Made by a program: the position numbers and the translations under genes. Below are positions 63,200-64,000 of a DNA stretch of 64,000 nt, in pieces (position 1 is the stretch's first letter; the number at the start of each line of letters is the position of its first letter). The notes beneath the pieces are model-generated. The model had not been told where the DNA came from, did not search any database, and saw only the letters and a program-made list of their open reading frames with translations. The stretch covers positions 3,937 through 67,936 of the forward strand of contig JANQJY010000011.1 in assembly GCA_028281385.1 (NCBI GenBank), given 5' to 3'. Source of the stretch: Rickettsiales bacterium. GTDB taxonomy: Bacteria; Pseudomonadota; Alphaproteobacteria; Rickettsiales; UBA3002.

Positions 63200-64000
63200 T
63201 CCTTATCCTTCTCGACACCGAAGCAATGAGCGTTTTCAGGAAAACTCCGTGAACGCACATCTTTTGCGTAAGCGCCGGCGGCATGATGAATATCTTCTCT
63301 GAGAGCGCCATAGCGTTTTACGAATTTCGGTGTCGTATCGAACAGTCCCAGCATATCTTCCGTTACCACAACCTGTCCGTCACACTGAGGCGAGGCACCG
63401 ATGCCGATGGTTGGAATTGTCGCGGCTTCGGTTATTTCAGCGGCAGTGGCTTCATGCGTGCCTTCCAGCAACAGTGAAAACGCGCCGGCCTGTTCGAATG
63501 CTTTTGCCTGGTCTTTTAATGCCTGTTGTGTCTGGGGAGTTTTTCCCTGCCATTTATAGCCGCCCATTTGCTGTACATGCTGGGGTTTCAGGCCGATATG
63601 TGCCATCACCGGAATCCCCCGCTCCACCAGAAAATGGACGGTATCGACCATTTCATTGCCTCCCTCAAGTTTGACGGCATTGCATCCTGTTTCGCTCAGG
63701 AGCCGGCTGGCATTGTCAAATGCCGGCGCTTTGGAGGCCTGATAGCTGCCAAAGGGCATGTCGACCACGACACAGGCCTTTGATGAGTGATCAACGACAG
63801 CTCTGCCATGGCGGACCATCATCGCCATGTCGACCTGCAACGTGCTGGGCAGGCCGTATAGCACCATACCGAGCGAATCACCAACGATAAACAGATCGAT
63901 ATGCTCATCGAGCAATGCGGCCATCGGTGCGGTATAGGCCGTCAGGCTGACGATGGGCGTCTTGCCTTTCATCGCAACGATATCGGTGATGCTAAGTCTG
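63196..64000 (-). CDS. panB: 3-methyl-2-oxobutanoate hydroxymethyltransferase (5' end beyond the window)
   Basis: KGKTPIVSLTAYT...VGDSLGMV...KLEGG family strings. The reading frame stays open upstream of the track ATG (…RLSITDIVAMKGK) to the window edge. Confidence 0.88.
   Translation of the reverse strand, partial: RLSITDIVAMKGKTPIVSLTAYTAPMAALLDEHIDLFIVGDSLGMVLYGLPSTLQVDMAMMVRHGRAVVDHSSKACVVVDMPFGSYQASKAPAFDNASRLLSETGCNAVKLEGGNEMVDTVHFLVERGIPVMAHIGLKPQHVQQMGGYKWQGKTPQTQQALKDQAKAFEQAGAFSLLLEGTHEATAAEITEAATIPTIGIGASPQCDGQVVVTEDMLGLFDTTPKFVKRYGALREDIHHAAGAYAKDVRSRSFPENAHCFGVEKDKD

Noticed and set aside
1-64000. CRISPR arrays, transposases, integrases, rRNA genes, restriction-modification or other known defence enzymes
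   Set aside because: Reading the ORF track and the spacers on both strands turned up no regularly spaced direct repeats, no DDE or tyrosine/serine recombinase motifs, and no nuclease/helicase/ATPase defence signatures.

Overview
This window looks like an alphaproteobacterial chromosome segment. The lineage call rests on a MipZ-type ParA ATPase, the lptF-lptG / lptD-surA-rsmA row, pepA-holC, a Cbp3-like chaperone divergent from bamE, PCu(A)C-SCO1, and the nrdR-ribD-ribE-ribB-ribH-nusB-thiL operon next to glyA and rpiB. Between this housekeeping backbone lie several accessory patches that look AT-richer by eye.

- **1-8.6 kb:** a small helical protein, a DUF900-like hydrolase and an XRE regulator, followed by a tadE-tadE-tadG(vWA) row and two large orphan genes.
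- **15.4-24.3 kb:** orphan genes, a pentapeptide-repeat membrane protein and a DUF1538x2/PII/CBS operon. These are bracketed by three diverged copies of one ~60-80 bp repeat, close to tRNA-Arg(UCU).
- **Scattered type IV pilus / type II secretion-like parts:** a CpaA-type and a PilD-type prepilin peptidase, two paralogous pseudopilins, and a lipoprotein secretin followed by uncharacterised membrane genes and a 7-TM AraC regulator. No assembly ATPase or platform gene is present in the window.

The most unusual sequence-level signals are:
- a C9 homopolymer that frameshifts the pseudopilin lying between lptG and lptD
- a GTCAT...ATGAC double-hairpin mini-element family with three copies, one of them in frame inside the other pseudopilin's leader
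- a diverged 99-nt relic of an orphan gene's C-terminal junction
- the cassette-flanking repeats

I saw no CRISPR array, transposase, integrase, rRNA or recognisable defence-system enzyme. All family assignments come from motifs read by eye and have not been checked against databases.
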